This document shows, piece by piece, positions 58,793 to 64,000 of a DNA stretch of 64,000 nt. The notes beneath the pieces are model-generated. The model had not been told where the DNA came from. It did not search any database and saw only the letters and a program-made list of their open reading frames with translations. Each line of letters starts with the position of its first letter. Position 1 is the stretch's first letter. The stretch is taken from assembly GCA_044226015.1 (NCBI GenBank), contig JBGAHS010000003.1, positions 448,001-512,000 of the forward strand, in the 5' to 3' direction. The translations under genes and the position numbers were made by a program. The DNA is from Candidatus Obscuribacteraceae bacterium (GTDB lineage Bacteria; Cyanobacteriota; Vampirovibrionia; Obscuribacterales; Obscuribacteraceae).

Positions 58793-60778
58793 TTGAATGA
58801 ATTACAATTGATCCAAGATCTTGGTTTGATTTGGGCCGTCTCGTTGCTATCCGGATTGCTCTGCATCAGATTGCGAATGCCCACCATCGCAGGATACATG
58901 CTTGCTGGTGTTGTAATCGGTCCACATTGCTTACGTTTGATAAATCATGCTGAAACCATAAAGGTGCTATCCGAGTTTGGAGTTGCAATGCTCTTATTCG
59001 CCCTTGGGGTTGACCTGTCGCTGAAACGAGTTCTTGCATCTGCAAGAAAGATTGTCAGTGCCGGTCTAGTGCAAATGATTTTGACCATCGGTTCTGCCTG
59101 GCTTATCGCAAGCCAGACCGGACTGGCAAACAATGCTGCGGCGGGCTTGCTGTTCGGCTGTGTCTGCGCAATCTCAAGCAGCGTTGTGATATCCAAAATC
59201 TTGATGGATCGCGGAGAACAGGAGTCGTTTCACGGTCAGATTTTGATACCGCTTTCACTGGTGCAAGATCTTTGCCTGGTAGCAATCATTCCATTTCTAC
59301 CGATTCTGCAAATGAACAACGCAAATTTCAACGGAGTAATCATCTCATCTGCGAAAGCAGCATTCTTTCTTCTGGCAGTTTTCATCGGCTCCATCAAACT
59401 CGTGCCCTGGGCCCTTGCAAGAGCCGCGAATTCAAACTCAAGAGAATTATTTTTGCTTTCTCTCCTTGTTTTGTGCCTTGGAATCGCTCTATTCAGCAGT
59501 TCGCTCGGATTATCACTGGCACTGGGCGCATTTATAGCGGGCATAATGATTTGCGAATCAAGCTACGCACACCAGGCATTGCACGATGTGGCACCACTAA
59601 GAGATGTTTTCTCAAGTGTCTTTTTTGTCTCCGTCGGCATGTTGCTTGATCCCTCCTATATCGCTCAGCATTGGATGCAAGTCTTAATCTTCGTATTCGC
59701 TTTGATTATCGGAAAGACTGCATTGGGAACTGTCGCAGCACTCTGCGCGAGCAGCAATCTTCGCACTGCTTTCCTTGTTGGACTGGGCTTAGCACAAATA
59801 GGAGAATTCTCCTTCGTTTTGCTGACATTGGGTCACGACTCTCATATCATCACCGACGCAATGTATAACCTCTTCTTTGCCGGGGCAGTAATTACAATGA
59901 TTTCAAGCCCTGCGCTGATGGCGTTCATACCGAAAGTACTATTGAAAATTCGCAATGCCAAATTCGATAACGAACCAATTCAGAGTTATTCAACCGCCAT
60001 GGAGAACCATGTGATTCTCTGCGGATATGGAAGAATCGGACAAAATCTGGGAAAGGTGCTAAAAGACCAAAGCCTCCCTTTCATCGCAATCGAACTAAAT
60101 GCCAACATCATCGAAGACCTGGCAATAAGCGGCGTGAAACACATTTACGGCGACGCCATGAGCCTCGATGTAATGAAAAAAGCCAACATCGCCAAAGCAA
60201 AAGCACTTGTTTTGACGATGCCAGACCCACTAACAGCCGCCGCCGTCGCAGATTTTGCAAAAAAATCGAACCCCGAGATAACAATCATCGCACGCGCTCA
60301 CAGAAGCGACGACATTGAAATCTTTAGAGACGCTGGTGTTAACGGGCTTGTACAGCCAGAGTTCGAAGCCAGCGTAGAAATAACCCGGTTGGTATTGCAC
60401 AGCATGAACTGCCCAATGTCTGCAATACAAGAATCTCTTGCAGAGATAAGAACCAGACGCTATGCCATTTTCCAACCAGACATCAAGGAAATTGAAGAAT
60501 TCGTTCACTCAAAAGAGCACCAGGACAAAATGGGCTTATGGTTCAGGGTGAAGTCGGAAAACCTTGCTGGCAAAAGCATCAAAACACTCGATATCAGAAA
60601 TGAAACAGGGGCAACAATAACTGCGGTTAAACGCGGCAACGAAACTTTCAGTTTTCCAAACCCCGATTTCAAACTGAGCATGTCCGACGAAATTTATGCA
60701 GTCGGTCAAGGAGAGCAGCTGGAGAAGCTCGCCATTTCTCTCAACGGAAAAAACCGTGAAAAAGAAGAAGCGCGCTAA
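58793..60778 (+). CDS. CPA2 cation:proton antiporter with TrkA-N and TrkA-C domains (Kef/YbaL-like)
   Basis: GYMLAGVVIGP, LVQD, LGAFIAG, FFVSVGM, AQIGEFSF, CGYGRIG; GGAGG RBS and TTG start. Confidence 0.95.
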   Translation: MNELQLIQDLGLIWAVSLLSGLLCIRLRMPTIAGYMLAGVVIGPHCLRLINHAETIKVLSEFGVAMLLFALGVDLSLKRVLASARKIVSAGLVQMILTIGSAWLIASQTGLANNAAAGLLFGCVCAISSSVVISKILMDRGEQESFHGQILIPLSLVQDLCLVAIIPFLPILQMNNANFNGVIISSAKAAFFLLAVFIGSIKLVPWALARAANSNSRELFLLSLLVLCLGIALFSSSLGLSLALGAFIAGIMICESSYAHQALHDVAPLRDVFSSVFFVSVGMLLDPSYIAQHWMQVLIFVFALIIGKTALGTVAALCASSNLRTAFLVGLGLAQIGEFSFVLLTLGHDSHIITDAMYNLFFAGAVITMISSPALMAFIPKVLLKIRNAKFDNEPIQSYSTAMENHVILCGYGRIGQNLGKVLKDQSLPFIAIELNANIIEDLAISGVKHIYGDAMSLDVMKKANIAKAKALVLTMPDPLTAAAVADFAKKSNPEITIIARAHRSDDIEIFRDAGVNGLVQPEFEASVEITRLVLHSMNCPMSAIQESLAEIRTRRYAIFQPDIKEIEEFVHSKEHQDKMGLWFRVKSENLAGKSIKTLDIRNETGATITAVKRGNETFSFPNPDFKLSMSDEIYAVGQGEQLEKLAISLNGKNREKEEAR

Positions 60779-61216
60779 TGCGAAGATCTACAGTCCCTTC
60801 TTGCAAAAGCCCGCAAGCCCGAGCGAAAGCCCAGAAACTCCTCCTGCAACGGCTTTAGGGACACAGCAAGAAGCCCAGAGACTGAACCTTCGCTAGTTAG
60901 ACTAGCTACACTTTAATAAGTTTCGTTTGAAGAGGGTTCTTTACGCAGCCGTAATATGCCAAAAGCACAAGCGGGACAAGGGAATTCGCAGGTTCAACTC
61001 TGAAACGATAAACGTGCATGTCCATTCAAAATTTGCTAAGCATGCATCGTCATCTTTTCTCTTCCACCCAGGACAAAAACACAAGTAGCAACAAGTAAAT
61101 CTCGCATCAACACCAGAACAGCCCCGGTTCTCAATCAGGACTTTTTGCTTTTGCAAAGATGACTCCACGCACAAGCCATGTTGCTCCGTCCGCAAGCATC
61201 ACTGGCAAATCTCCAA

Positions 61217-61402
61217 ATGCGGCATATCTGGAATACGCAAATGCCCATCCTCGGTCTTCTCGCCGCTGGATCTTCCGCCCTTCTCTTCGCCTCCCTGGCT
61301 ATCGGAAGCTTTGGAGACGAGCGCTACTACGAACTCAGCAAGCTTCTTGCCTTCATGGGCACGGCAGGTCTGCTGGCGATGATTGTTTCTGGATTTTTCT
61401 GA
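61217..61402 (+). CDS. Small two-TM membrane protein, paralogue 1
   Basis: Aligns end to end with 61537-61734 (AG...LLFASL...G.AGLL...VS.FF). Confidence 0.6.
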   Translation: MRHIWNTQMPILGLLAAGSSALLFASLAIGSFGDERYYELSKLLAFMGTAGLLAMIVSGFF

Positions 61403-61536
61403 AAAAATTATCTTAGTCGCTTTCATTCAGAATCATTCTGAACCTTGCGAACTGCCGTGCAGCAAACCAGGCCGGCAGCCATAAACAAACCACCAATGCA
61501 TGCTTTGACCGCAGGTATCATTGGTTCAGATTCACA

Positions 61537-61734
61537 ATGCGGCTAAGGAATAGACTAATGTCCGTAATCGGTTGGATCACTGCCGGAGGCGCCGTTCTCC
61601 TTTTCGCCTCGCTGTTCGTCGCCCAGGCGTCGGACAATCTCCGCAACAAGGCTCTCTTCGACCTGGCCAACGTGATGACCCTCGCCGGAGCGGCTGGTCT
61701 TCTCGTCGGCGCCGTGAGCTGGTTCTTCGGCTGA
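61537..61734 (+). CDS. Small two-TM membrane protein, paralogue 2
   Basis: Two TMs, GC3-rich codons, similarity to 61217-61402. Confidence 0.7.
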   Translation: MRLRNRLMSVIGWITAGGAVLLFASLFVAQASDNLRNKALFDLANVMTLAGAAGLLVGAVSWFFG

Positions 61735-61774
61735 ATTCCATGTCGGGCTGAAATTCTCCGCTGATAACAGCCCT

Positions 61775-61811
61775 GCAGGAGCAGGTTTCCTTCGGGAAAC
61801 CTGCTTTCTGC
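61775..61811 (+). terminator. Hairpin with C(UUCG)G loop
   Basis: gcaggagcaggtttcc-ttcg-ggaaacctgctttctgc. Confidence 0.65.
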
Positions 61812-62035
61812 TTCCAGGAAACTGTAATCAGCAGCCCATGCAAAAATTGAGCTGCCTACAAATCGAACATAAATCTCGAAAAAAAGCCCAGGACCCTACA
61901 GCTTCGCACACCGAACTTCAAAAATGATCGCTTCTACTATTGCATAGAGTATTAACATCTAAAAGAAGACAAGGACAGAGCTTTCGCTCTGTCCTTGCCC
62001 GTCATCTTAGTTCAGTGCGCCTGAACCGATGACTC

Positions 62036-62668
62036 TTAGTGCGTGTCCTTCAGCTTGTCGAGCAGCTGAAGCGCATACAAGAAGAAGTTCATGAAGTCCA
62101 GGTACAGCTGCATGCTGACGTTGACAGCGCTTTCCCAGGTATTGCTCGCCTTCGTCATCCGGAAGAAGTCGAAGATGAAATACCCGGAAAAGATCAGCAT
62201 GCCCACGATGGACTCGATGATGCTTCCAGTGCGGCTCAGGCGCCAGAAGATGCTGATGAACCCAACGGCCACCAGCCCGAGCAGACCGAAGAAGAGGAAG
62301 CCACCCAGGAAGCTAAAGTCGACGCCCGAGAAGGCGCCCACCAGCCCACAGATGGACATCACACCGCCACTACCGACGAACGCGCCTGCCACAGTCTTCC
62401 AGCCCAGCCGCTCCTGATACATCTGCAGCGCCGGTCCCATGACCAGTCCGGAGACGAAGGTCCAACCCGCCAGCAGGGCGACGCCGAGCACGGGGTTGAC
62501 GTGAGCACCGAAGATGACGCCGATGGTGCCGAAAACGAAGATGACCGCGAGCACCAGGAACTCGCCCAGAGTGCGGATGTTACGGCCGAAATACGCGCCC
62601 GCGCCGCCGCAAGCCATGCAGCCAGCCAGCAGAAGGGCAACCTTGGTTGCAAGAGTGGTTTCCAACAT
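62036..62668 (-). CDS. Bax inhibitor-1/YccA family membrane protein
   Basis: About seven TMs, DFSFLGGFLF, FSGYFIFD, LYLDFMNFF. Confidence 0.9.
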   Translation of the reverse strand: MLETTLATKVALLLAGCMACGGAGAYFGRNIRTLGEFLVLAVIFVFGTIGVIFGAHVNPVLGVALLAGWTFVSGLVMGPALQMYQERLGWKTVAGAFVGSGGVMSICGLVGAFSGVDFSFLGGFLFFGLLGLVAVGFISIFWRLSRTGSIIESIVGMLIFSGYFIFDFFRMTKASNTWESAVNVSMQLYLDFMNFFLYALQLLDKLKDTH

Positions 62669-62768
62669 TCGAGTTTTCTCCTGTTCAGGTTAGGTGCGAG
62701 CGATTTAATCGCCCAGAAAGAAACCAGGCACAGGTCGAATGACCTGTGCCTGCATGGAACGCGAATCA

Positions 62769-64000
62769 CTACTTCGAGTCAGTCGAGGCTTCGAACTTTG
62801 CAGGGCTCTTGTGCCGCGAATAGAACACGAAGTAGAGAATGACTGCCGACCAGACAACCGCCAGCCGAATGAACGCAGTCAACGGCAGTTCGATCATCAA
62901 GCGAGCAGGTCCGACCACACCGGCAAGAGCAACCAGCACCCAGAACACCCCTGTCATAGCCGTTTTGCGGCTCTTCCAGTTGGTCTGTTTCACTGCGCCC
63001 ACCAGAACGATGAGTGAGGCAGTGATAAAGCAGGTCATCGTGCCGATGTTCGTCAGATGCATAAGCTCATCCACATCGAGCAGTGCAGTCAACACCGCGA
63101 TGGAACCGCCCACCACAAGTGTTGCCACAACCGGTACCTGACGGCTGTTCACCTTCTCAAACACAGCTGGAATCATCTTGTGCTGAGCCATGTTGAAGAG
63201 AAGGCGAGTCGTCGAGTAGGCGCTGGCGAGCAGTACTGAAATCAGCGCCACGGTCGAACCCAGCGTCACCCAGATAGTCGCGGACTTATAACCGAGAACT
63301 TCCAGAGCCTTCGCCATCGGAGCGGCACTCGGCTTGCCGTTCTCCATGAGTTGCTCGGGGGTGACTGCCGCATTGAGGAAGAACGTTGCTGCGACGTACA
63401 GCAGGATGACAGCGAGCAGTCCGAGCAGCATCCCCATCGGGATATTGCGCTTCGGATTCACCGTTTCACCTGCAGCCGTCGTGGCCATGTCCAGCCCCAC
63501 GTAAGCGAAGAACGCGCAGGAGGCGCCAGCAAGCGTGCCAGGCAGCCCCGGAGGTACCGGTCGATTGAGCAGCGTCGGGTCGAAATGCATGCCGAGAAGC
63601 ACGACAACAGTCCCGATGACCAACAGTTTCACGACCGTGAAGATGTTGGTGTACGCCTTGGTCTCGCCAATGCCGCGCATGAGAATCATCGTCACTAGGA
63701 CGATAATGCCCATAGACAACAGGTTGATGGATTGGAGACCTGAGGCAAAGCTAACCGCGAAGGAACAGCCCGCACCCAGAGCGAATAGCCCGCCGACAAG
63801 CTTCGCGACCTGCAGTGCCTTGTTGCCGACCTGCCGATTGTAGTAGCCGCTTGCGCTGAAGTAGCTACCAACGCCACAGAACAGAGCAGCGCCGCCGAAG
63901 AGCAACCAGTTGATGCCGGTCGGCGTGGTCGTGGCCCATTCTGGTAACTTGAGCCCCAGTGACAGGTCCAGTGCCATCTTCACGTGCTCAGCCTGTGACA
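62769..64000 (-). CDS. APC-family amino acid permease, 5'-partial
   Basis: FFAYVGLD, GETVNPKRNIP, TRLLFNMA, NIGT; runs off the window end. Confidence 0.9.
   Translation of the reverse strand, partial: SQAEHVKMALDLSLGLKLPEWATTTPTGINWLLFGGAALFCGVGSYFSASGYYNRQVGNKALQVAKLVGGLFALGAGCSFAVSFASGLQSINLLSMGIIVLVTMILMRGIGETKAYTNIFTVVKLLVIGTVVVLLGMHFDPTLLNRPVPPGLPGTLAGASCAFFAYVGLDMATTAAGETVNPKRNIPMGMLLGLLAVILLYVAATFFLNAAVTPEQLMENGKPSAAPMAKALEVLGYKSATIWVTLGSTVALISVLLASAYSTTRLLFNMAQHKMIPAVFEKVNSRQVPVVATLVVGGSIAVLTALLDVDELMHLTNIGTMTCFITASLIVLVGAVKQTNWKSRKTAMTGVFWVLVALAGVVGPARLMIELPLTAFIRLAVVWSAVILYFVFYSRHKSPAKFEASTDSK

Overview
A gene-dense bacterial chromosome segment. I found no rRNA, tRNA, CRISPR array, transposase or prophage structural module. 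Cyanobacteria-like orthologues (Ycf45/R3H ATPase, an At5g03900-like membrane protein, an Orn/Lys/Arg decarboxylase) with a futalosine-pathway MqnC-like enzyme and no photosynthesis genes suggest a non-photosynthetic Cyanobacteriota relative (Vampirovibrionia/Obscuribacterales-like); this is inference. Ordinary genes (thrB, folC, prs-nadE-pncA, modABC, mqnC-like, a PAS kinase/REC/Hpt-REC-REC-GGDEF relay, a CPA2 antiporter) alternate with about 14 small accessory transcription units. These units share an architecture on both strands: a sigma70-like promoter (often TTGnnn-N18-TAGGGT or a close variant), a 50-100 nt G-depleted leader, and UTRs or intergenic spacers filled with consecutive hairpins. 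Many of their genes have C/G-ending codon bias. Their cargo is divergent or truncated paralogues of familiar families: TruD with an internal duplication, a bS1-like protein, a second adenylate kinase, a solo Cas4-like nuclease, an EEP nuclease, HAD and histidine phosphatases, a serpin, an M17 N-domain, POT and APC transporters and BI-1. This dispersed 'second gene set' is the best candidate for an undescribed regulon. There is also a 7-unit non-coding tandem repeat of about 60 bp. All family calls come from motif recognition by eye, not database searches.
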